From contig CAXBYW010000001.1 in NCBI GenBank assembly GCA_963980225.1, positions 35,301 through 99,300 on the forward strand: DNA of 64,000 nt. Direction: 5' to 3'. The stretch's first letter is position 1, and each line of letters opens with the position of its first letter. The stretch comes from an uncultured bacterium (GTDB taxonomy: Bacteria > Patescibacteriota > Microgenomatia > UBA1400 > MFAQ01). The translations under genes and the position numbers were made by a program. Of this stretch, positions 47,165 through 57,194 are shown one piece after another. The notes beneath the pieces are model-generated. The model was not told where the DNA came from. It saw nothing but the letters and a program-made list of their open reading frames with translations, and searched no databases.

Positions 47165-48576
47165 TTAAAAAATTCCTTAAAAACCACATTGCCTTTTTTC
47201 TAATCCTAGTAGTTGCTCTTGTCCTCAGGCTTTATAAAATAGATAATCCAGTGGCCGACTGGCACTCATGGCGCCAAGCAGACACATCTTCTGTCACTCG
47301 AGTTTTTGACCAAGAAGGTGTCAACATGTTTATTCCTCGCTACCAAGACATCTCCAACATCCCTTCAGGTCAAGACAACCCTAATGGATACAGAATGGTC
47401 GAGTTCCCTCTATATAACCTAGCTCACTTGGGTGTCTTTCGTTTAGGAAGTCTAAACCTAGAAACAGCCGGCAGATTAACCTCAATCATCTTGTCTTTAG
47501 TCTCCCTGTCTCTCATTTATCTAATAGCCAATAAACTTTCTGGTAAAAAAACTGCTTTATTCGCGTCTTTCTTCTTTGCTCTTTTGCCTTTCAATATATT
47601 TTATTCAAGGGTCATCCTACCAGAACCATTAATGACCACACTCTTTCTCTCATCCTTTTTCTTACTTCTTAACTCAAGGATCTTTCTCTCTGCCGTCTTT
47701 TTAGCCGGAGCTTTGCTAGTCAAGCCTTACGCCATCTTTTTCACTCTTCCATATTTGTTAATATTTTGGAAAAAATGGAGAAGTAAAAAAATAAATCTGG
47801 TACAAATTTTAATCTATGGTGCTGTGGCTCTTACCCCCTTTATACTTTGGCGTTTTTGGATAGCTAACTTTCCAGAAGGAATTCCAGCCAGTGGTTGGCT
47901 TTTTAATCAAAACGGGATTAGATTTAGACCTGCTTGGTTCAGGTGGTTATTTGCCGAGCGTTTGGGTAAGTTGATCCTAGGGTACTGGGCCAGTATTTTC
48001 CTGGTACTAGGTGTACTTAAAAAACCTCTTAAGAATTTAAGTTGGAGTTATTCCCTATTTGGGCTGGGGATCGTTGCCTACTTTAGTGTCTTGGCAAGTG
48101 GCAACATAACCCATGATTATTACCAAAGTATAATAATTCCTTTCATCTGTTTAATTCTTGGTAGGGGAGTGGACGCTCTTACCTCGCTTCCAAATAAAAC
48201 ATTTTCAAGACCTCTTCTTTGGGGATCCGCTCTGGTGGTTGTCGCTTTTAGTCTGGCATTTTCTTGGTACGAGATCAAGGGCCTGTACCAAATCAATAAC
48301 CCCAGCATCGTGAAGGCAGGTCAGGCAGTAGACAATCTGCTTCCTAAGGACGCCAGAGTCATTGCTCCATATATGGGAGATACCGCCTTCTTGTATCAAA
48401 CCAATCGATATGGCTGGCCTCTATTAACTTACGACTTAGACAAGTTAATAGACTTGGGGGCCACTCATTATGTCTCCGTCAACTACGACGATCAAACCAA
48501 CATAATATTAAACGATCCAAACTTTTCAGTCCTTCAGCAAGAAAAGGAGTTCGTCATAATTAAACTTCAAAAGTGA
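47161..48576 (+). CDS. ArnT/PMT-like GT-C glycosyltransferase
   Basis: LRLYKIDNPVADWHSWRQADTSSVTRVF. The HxWRQxDT variant of the PMT_2 first-loop motif. 471 aa, polytopic. Confidence 0.55.
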   Translation: MIKKFLKNHIAFFLILVVALVLRLYKIDNPVADWHSWRQADTSSVTRVFDQEGVNMFIPRYQDISNIPSGQDNPNGYRMVEFPLYNLAHLGVFRLGSLNLETAGRLTSIILSLVSLSLIYLIANKLSGKKTALFASFFFALLPFNIFYSRVILPEPLMTTLFLSSFFLLLNSRIFLSAVFLAGALLVKPYAIFFTLPYLLIFWKKWRSKKINLVQILIYGAVALTPFILWRFWIANFPEGIPASGWLFNQNGIRFRPAWFRWLFAERLGKLILGYWASIFLVLGVLKKPLKNLSWSYSLFGLGIVAYFSVLASGNITHDYYQSIIIPFICLILGRGVDALTSLPNKTFSRPLLWGSALVVVAFSLAFSWYEIKGLYQINNPSIVKAGQAVDNLLPKDARVIAPYMGDTAFLYQTNRYGWPLLTYDLDKLIDLGATHYVSVNYDDQTNIILNDPNFSVLQQEKEFVIIKLQK

Positions 48577-49772
48577 AGATATTAATGCTCACTCCCTATC
48601 TGCCTTACCCTGACTCTTCTGGTGGGCAAATAAGAACCTTAAATCTTCTAAAGCATCTTCATAAGGAACACGACATAACCTTGGTTTCTTTAATTAAAGA
48701 CAAAAAAGAGAATCAGTACAAAAAACATCTCTTAAAGTACTGTAAAAAAATCCTCACCTTCCAAAGAAGCCCTAATCCCTTTACGTTAAAAAACATAGTC
48801 CGCACAGGTTTTACTAGTCAGCCATTTTTAATTGTCAGAAACTCTGCTCCTGGTGTAAAAGCAGCCGTAAAAGAAGAATTAGATACAGGTAACTATGACC
48901 TTATCCATGCCGAGACCTTTTACGTAATGCCTAGTATTCCAGAGACAAGCACACCCATCGTTTTGGTAGATCAAACAATAGAGTATCTGGTCTATCAGCA
49001 CTATGTAAACAAAACGGCCCACAAATTAATAAAACCCCTACTTCGAATAGACGTGGCCAAACTAAAAAAATCCGAGAAATTCTACTGGCAGAAAGCCGAT
49101 CAGGTTGTAGCAGTCTCCCAGCAAGATAGACAAGAAATGAGAAAGCTGTTACCAGGCCTAGACGTTAAGATAGTTCCCAATGGAGTCAACCTAGACCTAT
49201 TTAAAGAAAAGAAATCTTGGAAGTCAAAAGATCCAACTATTCTTTTTGTCTCTAACTTTAAATGGCTACAAAACAAAGAAGCCGCCCACCTTCTTGTTAA
49301 AGAAGTTTATCCTTTGGTAAAAAAAAGTATTCCTCAAGCCAAGTTACATATAGTTGGTCAACACATCCCGGCAGACATATTAAAGTACAAAAGCAAATCA
49401 ATATCGGTAGACCCATTAGCAGAAGACGACATAAAAAGCCTAGTCAAAGCTTGGAACCAAGACACTGTCTTTGCTTCCACCATCCGTGGTCCTGGAGGAA
49501 CACGTTTGAAGAATCTAGCTGCCATGGCCAGTAAACAACCAATCGTCTCTACTAAAGTAGGTATCCAAGGTTTAGGTGCTAAACACGGTGTCCACGTACT
49601 AATAGGTAATACCCCACAAACTATTAGCCAACACATTATTAAACTGATAAAATCACCTAAGCTAGCTGAAAAGCTGGCAACCAACGCAAGAGAACACGTT
49701 GAGAAAAACTTTAATTATCAAAACATAGCTAAGAAACTAAGCGCCATATATTATCAGCTAAATAAAAAATAA
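48573..49772 (+). CDS. GT4-like glycosyltransferase (GT-B fold)
   Basis: [30 protein letters not shown]-terminal Rossmann half. Confidence 0.6.
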   Translation: MKILMLTPYLPYPDSSGGQIRTLNLLKHLHKEHDITLVSLIKDKKENQYKKHLLKYCKKILTFQRSPNPFTLKNIVRTGFTSQPFLIVRNSAPGVKAAVKEELDTGNYDLIHAETFYVMPSIPETSTPIVLVDQTIEYLVYQHYVNKTAHKLIKPLLRIDVAKLKKSEKFYWQKADQVVAVSQQDRQEMRKLLPGLDVKIVPNGVNLDLFKEKKSWKSKDPTILFVSNFKWLQNKEAAHLLVKEVYPLVKKSIPQAKLHIVGQHIPADILKYKSKSISVDPLAEDDIKSLVKAWNQDTVFASTIRGPGGTRLKNLAAMASKQPIVSTKVGIQGLGAKHGVHVLIGNTPQTISQHIIKLIKSPKLAEKLATNAREHVEKNFNYQNIAKKLSAIYYQLNKK

Positions 49773-50683
49773 TGCCCAAAAAAAACGAGCTAGCCATTAT
49801 CATTGTCAGCTACAACACAAGTAAGCTTTTAGATGACTGTCTTACTTCTATTTATAAAGCCGAACAACCAAAAGGTGGGCTAGAAGTCGTCGTTGTCGAT
49901 AACGACTCAAAAGACGACAGTGTTGCAATGACCAAAAAGAAGTTTCCTCAAACAAAAGTAGTTGCCAGTAAGGAAAACCTAGGTTTTGCTAAGGGTAATA
50001 ACGTTGGTGTCGACAAAACAAACTCAGACTACATTTTGTTTTTAAATTCTGACACAGTCATCGAGAAAGATAGTTTAACCAGGCCTTTAAAGTATCTAAA
50101 AAGACATCCAGAGGTTGGCGCTGTAACAGTCAAGCTGTTTTTAGCCGACGGGTCGATAGATTACGATAACCACCGTGGTTATCCCGACCCTTGGACTTCC
50201 TTCTGTCACTTCACTGGCATCTCAAAGCTCTTCCCAAATTCAACCTTCTTAAATAACTATCATCTAGGTAGGAAGAACTTAAACAAGATTCACCAAGTCC
50301 CTATGACAGCTGGTTCTTTTATGATGATGCCATCCAAAGTATTTAAAAAAGTCGGCCGTTGGTGTGAAGACTACTTCTTCTATGGTGAAGATCTAGATCT
50401 CTGCCACCAAATTAACAAGGCCGGTTACAAGATAATTTACTACCCTAAGACCACAACACTTCACTTGAGAGGGGCTTCATCGGGTTTAAGGAAAGAAACA
50501 AAAAAGATTGCTAAGCCTCCTAAGGAAACCAGGATTAAAGTGGCAAAGTCTTCAATTAGCGCCATGAAAACTTTTTACAAGAAGTTCTACACCGATCAGT
50601 ATCCCAAGGTTGTTACCTGGGTCATTCTTAGTGGCATTACCATCATGGGTAAATTCAGGGTTTTAAAGCACAAGTTAACATAA
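49772..50683 (+). CDS. GT2 glycosyltransferase (WbbL-like)
   Basis: [21 protein letters not shown]…[12 protein letters not shown]…[10 protein letters not shown]…LFLNSDTV. Confidence 0.7.
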   Translation: MPKKNELAIIIVSYNTSKLLDDCLTSIYKAEQPKGGLEVVVVDNDSKDDSVAMTKKKFPQTKVVASKENLGFAKGNNVGVDKTNSDYILFLNSDTVIEKDSLTRPLKYLKRHPEVGAVTVKLFLADGSIDYDNHRGYPDPWTSFCHFTGISKLFPNSTFLNNYHLGRKNLNKIHQVPMTAGSFMMMPSKVFKKVGRWCEDYFFYGEDLDLCHQINKAGYKIIYYPKTTTLHLRGASSGLRKETKKIAKPPKETRIKVAKSSISAMKTFYKKFYTDQYPKVVTWVILSGITIMGKFRVLKHKLT

Positions 50684-50692
50684 AGACATTTT

Positions 50693-51796
50693 ATGCGTAT
50701 AGGAATCGATGCCAGGCTTTACGGTAGTAAACACACTGGTATTGGTAGATATACTAAAAACTTGATTTTAGCTTTAGCAAAAAAAGACAGGAAAAACTCA
50801 TACGTCATATTTGGCAGTCAAGAGATTAAAGAGGAAATCGAAAGCTTAAAAAAATTTGAGTTTGTTAAATTAACTACCCCCATATATTCACTTGCTGAAC
50901 AGGTAATTAATCCGTTTGTATTTTCTCGCGCCAAGCTAGACATGCTGCACGTTCCCCACTTTAACGCCCCCATCTTCTATCCTGGCAAGCTTGTTATCAC
51001 TATTCACGATCTTATTAAGCATATCTCTACCGGTAAAGACTCCACCACCCACTCAACCGGCATCTACTGGATAAAACAATTAGCTTATCGTTTTATAGTT
51101 TTTGTAAATATTCACAAAGCTAAAGTTATCATTACTCCAAGTAAGTTCTGGCAAGACTATTTAGTCAATAACTACAATCTTAACTTTAAAAAAGTTCATG
51201 TAACTTATGAAGCTGTAGACAAAACACTAAAGTCGAAAAAAGGACAAAGCCCTAAAAACACCTTGAAAAAATACAATCTCGATAAGCCATTTATTATCTA
51301 CACTGGAAATCTATATCCTCATAAAAACATTAATTTCTTAATTAAAGCTGTGGGTGTATTTAATAATTCTCACAAACATCAGCTTACCTTAGCGATTGCT
51401 TGCGCTAGAAGTGTGTTTGAAAAAAGACTAACTAAAGACAGTGACATCCGTTATCTAGGGTACGTTCCAGACAACGATCTAGCCATGTTGTATTCCCAAT
51501 CACTAGCCTTGGTTCACCCCTCATTAATAGAAGGGTTTGGATTAACTGGCCTGGAGGCAATGGCAGCTGGGTTACCAGTTCTCTCTTCAGACGCAACCTG
51601 TCTACCTGAGGTTTATGGTGAAGCTGCTCTTTATTTCGATCCCTACAATCAAAAAAGCTTAATACTAAGACTAGAGCAAATAATGGAAGATAGAGACTTA
51701 CTAAAAGACTTAAAGGAAAAAGGCTACTTGAGGGTAAAAAGTTTTTCTTGGGATCGTACGGCCAAGGAAACCATTAAAGCCTATCAGGCCATATGA
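50693..51796 (+). CDS. GT4 glycosyltransferase
   Basis: EGFGLTGLEAMAAGLPVLSSDATCLPEVYGEAALYFDP. Confidence 0.75.
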   Translation: MRIGIDARLYGSKHTGIGRYTKNLILALAKKDRKNSYVIFGSQEIKEEIESLKKFEFVKLTTPIYSLAEQVINPFVFSRAKLDMLHVPHFNAPIFYPGKLVITIHDLIKHISTGKDSTTHSTGIYWIKQLAYRFIVFVNIHKAKVIITPSKFWQDYLVNNYNLNFKKVHVTYEAVDKTLKSKKGQSPKNTLKKYNLDKPFIIYTGNLYPHKNINFLIKAVGVFNNSHKHQLTLAIACARSVFEKRLTKDSDIRYLGYVPDNDLAMLYSQSLALVHPSLIEGFGLTGLEAMAAGLPVLSSDATCLPEVYGEAALYFDPYNQKSLILRLEQIMEDRDLLKDLKEKGYLRVKSFSWDRTAKETIKAYQAI

Positions 51797-52890
51797 AAGT
51801 AGCTTTAGTTTACGATCAAGTTAATAAGTTTGGTGGTGCTGAACGACTATTACTATCTTTACACAAGATATATCCTAAGGCTCCACTTTACACCCTAATT
51901 CACAACCCAAAGTCCTCTTCTTGGGCAAAAGGGTTCTCCGTTATCGCAAGTCCTTTAAATAAAATCAAGTTTCTCAGAAAACACCACCAATGGCTCGCGC
52001 CTATTGCCCCCATGATGTTTGAGACATTTAACTTTGACAACTTTGATGTGGTAATAAGCATAACCAGAGACAACGCTAAAGCAGTAGTCACTAAACCAGG
52101 AACACTACATATTTGTTACTGCCTGACACCAACGAGATACTTTTGGGGTGATGTAAGGGAGTATGATCACGACATAAAGATCAAAATCCTCCCAAATTTT
52201 TTAAAAAAATACTTTAAAAACATGGATTTACTCATTTCCAGAAGACCAGACCGATATATGGCGATTTCTAAAGAGGTTAAAAACAGAATAAAGACCCATT
52301 ACAATCAGGATTCATTAGTTGTCTACCCTCCAATAGGGGACAAATTTTACTCTAAATCCAAGCCAAAACCACTTAATAAAAGAGACTACTATTTATTAGT
52401 CGGCCGTTTGGAGTCTTACAAAAAAGTAGATCTAGTTGTTGACGCCTTCAACCAACTACCAAGCAAAACACTCAAGGTGGTTGGCTCAGGATCTGAAAGG
52501 AAAAAATTAAAAAAAGTAGCCGAATCTAACATAACGTTCTCTGGTCAAGTGACTGATCAGGAACTAATCAATCTTTATGCTAACGCTAAAGCCATTATCT
52601 TTCCTCAAATAGAAGACTTTGGTTTAGTGCCTTTAGAAGCCCAAGCATCAGGCACTCCTGTAATAGCTTTTAATAAGGGGGGCGCCAAGGAAACAGTCAT
52701 TGATGGTCAAACCGGTATCTTTTTTAACCACCAGACCGTCGACAGTCTATCAAGCGCTATAAAAAAATTAGAATCAGGAAATCATCAGATCACTCCAAGG
52801 CAATGTGTTCTCAATGCCGAGAAATTCGCCGAAGATAGATTTTTAAAAGAATTTCGTGATAAAGTAGATAAACTATGGTCAAAAGACTAA
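51793..52890 (+). CDS. GT4 glycosyltransferase
   Basis: EDFGLVPLEAQASGTPVIAFNKGGAKETVIDGQTGIFF. Confidence 0.75.
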   Translation: MKVALVYDQVNKFGGAERLLLSLHKIYPKAPLYTLIHNPKSSSWAKGFSVIASPLNKIKFLRKHHQWLAPIAPMMFETFNFDNFDVVISITRDNAKAVVTKPGTLHICYCLTPTRYFWGDVREYDHDIKIKILPNFLKKYFKNMDLLISRRPDRYMAISKEVKNRIKTHYNQDSLVVYPPIGDKFYSKSKPKPLNKRDYYLLVGRLESYKKVDLVVDAFNQLPSKTLKVVGSGSERKKLKKVAESNITFSGQVTDQELINLYANAKAIIFPQIEDFGLVPLEAQASGTPVIAFNKGGAKETVIDGQTGIFFNHQTVDSLSSAIKKLESGNHQITPRQCVLNAEKFAEDRFLKEFRDKVDKLWSKD

Positions 52891-54005
52891 AAAAACCTGA
52901 ATACCTAAAACACACTTACATCTGCCTTTTGGCTGGTGGCACAGGCACTCGACTATGGCCTAGATCAAGAAAAAAGACTCCTAAGCAGTTTGCTCCAATT
53001 TTAGGCAGACTCACCCTTTTTCAACAAACAGTCAAGCGTATAAGAAACCTAGTTCCTCTATCCAGGGTCTATGTCATAACCAACGAGCGTTACACTAAAG
53101 ACATCCAAAGACAGATACCGTTAATCCCTAACAAGAACATTATCGCTGAACCAGAAAAAAAGAATACTGCCATGGCAATGGGAGTAGCCGCTGCTTGGAT
53201 TCACAAAAAAGATCCGAAGGCTGTAGTCATCAATCTAGCTGCCGACCACTTAATTCAAAAGCCTAAAAAATATATCAAAGTCCTAAAGGGTGCCGCCAAA
53301 ACCGCTTTCACTCAAGATAAGCTGGTAGCTGTAGGCGTGGTTCCTACTTTCCCTCACACGGGCTTAGGATACATCCATTTTGGTAAGAAGATCCCGAGTA
53401 CGAGTTCTCTCCCAACTTACAAAATGAAGGGATTTACTGAAAAACCAAATCTCCCAACTGCCAAACGTTTTTTAAAGACCAAGCAGTATCTCTGGAATGC
53501 CAATAACTACGTCTACACCACCAAAAGAATAATTGAGGAGTTTAAAATCCACGCTCCAGACATCTATCGTCACGTCTACAACGTATACAAAGCCGTCGGC
53601 ACCAAGCAACAGAATAAAGTTCTAAAAAAAGAATATAGATTAGTAAGAGAAGACTCCATCGACTACGCCATCTCTGAAAAAACAAAAGAAATGATCGTAA
53701 TTCCCGGCGATTTTGGCTGGAGAGACATTGGTGACTGGAAAATAATCTACGACATATCTAAAAAAGACAAAAACGGAAATGTTGTTATTAATCACGGCTC
53801 CAACGGAGGTGAGCAAATAAACCTGGGTGCAAAAAACAATCTAATTCACTTTGACGATCAGCTTATTGCCACAGTAGGTGTCGAGAACCTAATCATAGTG
53901 GACACTGGCGACGCCTTGTTAATCTGCAATAAAGATAAAGCTCAGAACGTCAAAGAGTTAGTTAAATTACTAAAAGAAAAGAAAAACCTCTCAAAATACG
54001 TATGA
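52875..54005 (+). CDS. manC: Mannose-1-phosphate guanylyltransferase (GDP-mannose pyrophosphorylase)
   Basis: YICLLAGGTGTRLWPRSRKKTPKQF at the N-terminus (NTP_transferase). 376 aa. Confidence 0.7.
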   Translation: MVKRLKKPEYLKHTYICLLAGGTGTRLWPRSRKKTPKQFAPILGRLTLFQQTVKRIRNLVPLSRVYVITNERYTKDIQRQIPLIPNKNIIAEPEKKNTAMAMGVAAAWIHKKDPKAVVINLAADHLIQKPKKYIKVLKGAAKTAFTQDKLVAVGVVPTFPHTGLGYIHFGKKIPSTSSLPTYKMKGFTEKPNLPTAKRFLKTKQYLWNANNYVYTTKRIIEEFKIHAPDIYRHVYNVYKAVGTKQQNKVLKKEYRLVREDSIDYAISEKTKEMIVIPGDFGWRDIGDWKIIYDISKKDKNGNVVINHGSNGGEQINLGAKNNLIHFDDQLIATVGVENLIIVDTGDALLICNKDKAQNVKELVKLLKEKKNLSKYV

Positions 54006-54667
54006 GCTTAATCTATAACTCAACTAAGAGATTAATGGATATAGTCGCTTCCTTGATATTGGTAGTTCTATTTTTACCCATCTGGATAATAATCCCTCTT
54101 CTCATGAAGTTTGAGCATCCAGAATATCCAATTCTTTATACACCAGAGAGGGTAGGTAAAGATGGTCGTCTTTTTAAGCTTCTAAAATTTAGAAGCATGA
54201 TAATGTTAAAAGGAAAAAATGGCAACCTTGAACATGCGGTTAATGTCTGGAAAGACAACAAGGCCTTGTTTGAAAAATACAAAAAATCTGGTTGGAAGTT
54301 AGAAATAGACAGTGATCCGCGAATAACCAAGTTAGGCAAGTTCTTGCGTCAAACGTCAATTGATGAAATGCCACAAGTCTTTAATATCTTAAAAGGGGAC
54401 ATGAGCTTGGTCGGCCCTAGAGCTTATGTGCAACCAGAAATAGATGACGCCATAAAAAGATTTGGTAAGGAAAATATCGGTCCTTTTATAAAATCCAGCT
54501 ACAGCGTTAAACCTGGCTTGACAGGGCCGTGGCAGGTTTCCGGCAGAAATAAGATATCTTGGAACAAGAGAGTCAAGATGGATGCCGCCTATGCAAAACG
54601 ACACTCAATACTAGAAGATTTGTTAATCATTTTAAAAACACCGTTTGCCATGATCAGTAAGTGGTAA
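54002..54667 (+). CDS. Polyprenyl-phosphate phosphoglycosyl transferase (Bac_transf 'sugar transferase', initiating enzyme)
   Basis: KRLMDIVASLILVVLFLPIW… FKLLKFRSM… DEMPQVFNILKGDMSLVGPRA… GLTGPWQVSGRN. Confidence 0.8.
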   Translation: MSLIYNSTKRLMDIVASLILVVLFLPIWIIIPLLMKFEHPEYPILYTPERVGKDGRLFKLLKFRSMIMLKGKNGNLEHAVNVWKDNKALFEKYKKSGWKLEIDSDPRITKLGKFLRQTSIDEMPQVFNILKGDMSLVGPRAYVQPEIDDAIKRFGKENIGPFIKSSYSVKPGLTGPWQVSGRNKISWNKRVKMDAAYAKRHSILEDLLIILKTPFAMISKW

Positions 54668-54679
54668 ACTAAATAAAGT

Positions 54680-56629
54680 ATGGATCTGCCTAAAAAAACA
54701 ACGATTAACGAAGCTTCCACCCCGGAAGAGAAGCAACAGCCTCCAGTAGAGGAAAAAGTTTCTAATTCAGATACTTCAAAAAAGAAATACCTAAAAATAG
54801 CTAAAAAGGTAGGTCTTGGTCTTTTGATCTTTGTCTTAGTTGGTGGTCTTTTTGGAGCCTTGGCGGGCTTCACTTTAAGGTCTCCGGTCAAAGCGACTTT
54901 AGAGAGTGTCAATAATCTGATGACAGATTTCCAAAATAAAGATCTTGTAAGTGCCAAAAGCTCACTTGAAGTAGTAAAAGCAGACATAAAAGTCTTAGAC
55001 AGTAAATACAAGCTGGTTGGCTGGACCAAAATAATTCCTTTCTTGGGGGGATACACCAAAGACGGTCAAAGTGTCATCACAGCATCAGACTCACTTGTCA
55101 AAGCAATAGACCTAACAATTATTGCCTTAGAACCATACTCTGACCTTTTGGGTTTCAAGTCGGATTCTGAGCAGCAACTAGATAAAACAGGGGATGAGTC
55201 AATCGAGAACAGAATCATCTTCATGGCAGAGACCTTAGATAAAATCTCACCAGAACTAGAAGGTATTACTCAAGAGCTATCCAAAGTTGGTGAAGAGATA
55301 CTCTCCATCAATCCCAAGAGATATCCAAAGAAACTTGCTGGTAAGGAAGTAAGGTCAAAGATTGTCTCAGTCCAGACTGCCCTAGGCGAGTCGGTCCAAC
55401 TTTTCTCTCAAGCCAAACCACTAATTAAATTACTTCCAACTCTTCTTGGTAACCCAGATGCAAAAACATATCTTCTTCTCTTTCAAAATGACGCCGAGAT
55501 AAGAGCCACAGGAGGCTTCTTAACAGCCTATGCTTATCTAGACATGGCTCAGGGAAAACTAAAACCAGGCAACTCATACGACATCTACAATCTAGATGCT
55601 CGTTGGGCCAGTAACCTTAAGGCGCCTGATCCAATCAAAAAATACCTAAAAGAGTCAAGTTGGAATTTAAGGAATATAAACATGTCACCAGACTTCAAGG
55701 TGTCCATGGATCAATTCTTGGAGATATATAGAGACATTCCAGGTACCAGACAAATAGACGGTATCATCGCCATAGACACTTCTGTACCAGTTGGTTTCTT
55801 AGACATCATTGGCCCAATTGGAGTTGGTGGTTGGGGCAACTTCTCCTCAGAAATCGACCCTCGTTGTGACTGTCCTCAGGTGGTCTACGCCTTAGAAGAA
55901 ATAGCCGACAGGCCCACTTATGAAATCAGACTAGATAGAAAAGCAGTGTTAGGTCCTTTAATGCACTCTCTAATGGCCAACGCCATGGGAAGTCCCAAAC
56001 ACATGTGGCCAGAACTTCTAAACTCACTTTTGACTTCAATCCAAGAAAAACACCTACTTTTCTACTTCCTTGATGAGGACTCTCAAAAAATAGCCGAGGA
56101 CTTCAACTCTGCTGGCAGAATAAAGGAATTTACTGGAGACTATCTTCACATAAATGACAGTAATTTTGGTGGCGCCAAGACAGATATGTTTCTAGAGAGA
56201 GAAGTGGAACAAGAAATAGAGATGGACGGAGACAAAATCATAAAAACAGTGACCTTAAGTTACAGTAATCCTCATAAGGGTTCCAACTGCAATCTAGAAG
56301 CCGGTCAGCTTTGTTTAAACGGTACATATAAAGACTGGGTTAGGATCTATGTTCCTCAGGGTAGTGAGTTAATTAGTGTTGTTGGTTCCGAAGATGAGGC
56401 AGAGACTGGTGAAGAACTAGGTAAAACTTATTTCTCGGCTTTCTTTACCATGAGACCTGAGTCATCAAGTAAATTAGTCTTCAAGTACCAGCTACCAAGT
56501 TTAAACACAGACGCTTATCAGTTGCTAATCCAAAAGCAACCAGGTAAGCCAACCATTAAACACAACATAATCTACAACGGGATACAACAAGAAATAGATC
56601 TCTCAACAGACACCACGCTTTCTCTTTAG
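54680..56629 (+). CDS. DUF4012 domain membrane-anchored protein
   Basis: N-terminal TM. LLLFQNDAEIRATGGFLTAYAYLDM matches the DUF4012 hallmark (N-x-AE-x-R-x-TGGF). Confidence 0.6.
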   Translation: MDLPKKTTINEASTPEEKQQPPVEEKVSNSDTSKKKYLKIAKKVGLGLLIFVLVGGLFGALAGFTLRSPVKATLESVNNLMTDFQNKDLVSAKSSLEVVKADIKVLDSKYKLVGWTKIIPFLGGYTKDGQSVITASDSLVKAIDLTIIALEPYSDLLGFKSDSEQQLDKTGDESIENRIIFMAETLDKISPELEGITQELSKVGEEILSINPKRYPKKLAGKEVRSKIVSVQTALGESVQLFSQAKPLIKLLPTLLGNPDAKTYLLLFQNDAEIRATGGFLTAYAYLDMAQGKLKPGNSYDIYNLDARWASNLKAPDPIKKYLKESSWNLRNINMSPDFKVSMDQFLEIYRDIPGTRQIDGIIAIDTSVPVGFLDIIGPIGVGGWGNFSSEIDPRCDCPQVVYALEEIADRPTYEIRLDRKAVLGPLMHSLMANAMGSPKHMWPELLNSLLTSIQEKHLLFYFLDEDSQKIAEDFNSAGRIKEFTGDYLHINDSNFGGAKTDMFLEREVEQEIEMDGDKIIKTVTLSYSNPHKGSNCNLEAGQLCLNGTYKDWVRIYVPQGSELISVVGSEDEAETGEELGKTYFSAFFTMRPESSSKLVFKYQLPSLNTDAYQLLIQKQPGKPTIKHNIIYNGIQQEIDLSTDTTLSL

Positions 56630-56634
56630 TTCAA

Positions 56635-57174
56635 ATGAACAAAACCTTTTCAGATATTGGTATCGTTATAAGAGTCACAGACTTTGGTGAAGCAGATCGT
56701 TTTGTAGACTTGGTAACCAAAAATCATGGTCTTGTTAACTTAGTTGCCAAAGGTGCAAGGCGCATCACCTCTAGAAAAGCTTCTCACTTAGACTTACTAA
56801 ATCTAGTTAAGTTTCAGGTTGCTAGAGGTCGCTCTCCACAAATACTGACTCAAGCAGAATTAATAGAACCCCATCTTGACTTGAAAAACAATCTTAAGAT
56901 GGCTCGCACCTCCTTTTATCTAGCCGAGATTCTAAACTCACTTTTAGCTGCAGAACAACCAGATCCTGAGCTTTTTGCTTCTCTCAAGAACTATCTATTT
57001 CACTTAAACAAAACTCCTTCTAAAGAAAACTCTCGCCAGCTATCAGTAGACTTCCAGCTCTATCTTTTACGTCACCTGGGTTTTCCTGAGCCAAAGATCC
57101 ACACTCCAGAGGCAATCATGAATCACCTAGAAAATATTACCAGCAAAAAAATCAAGTCCAGACACCTTTTATAA
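56635..57174 (+). CDS. recO: DNA repair protein RecO (short form)
   Basis: GIVIRVTDFGEADRFVDLVTKNHGLVNLVAKGARRITSRKASHL resembles the RecO N-terminal OB-fold signature. 179 aa. Confidence 0.5.
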   Translation: MNKTFSDIGIVIRVTDFGEADRFVDLVTKNHGLVNLVAKGARRITSRKASHLDLLNLVKFQVARGRSPQILTQAELIEPHLDLKNNLKMARTSFYLAEILNSLLAAEQPDPELFASLKNYLFHLNKTPSKENSRQLSVDFQLYLLRHLGFPEPKIHTPEAIMNHLENITSKKIKSRHLL

Positions 57175-57194
57175 TTTAAGTTACAATATTCCTT

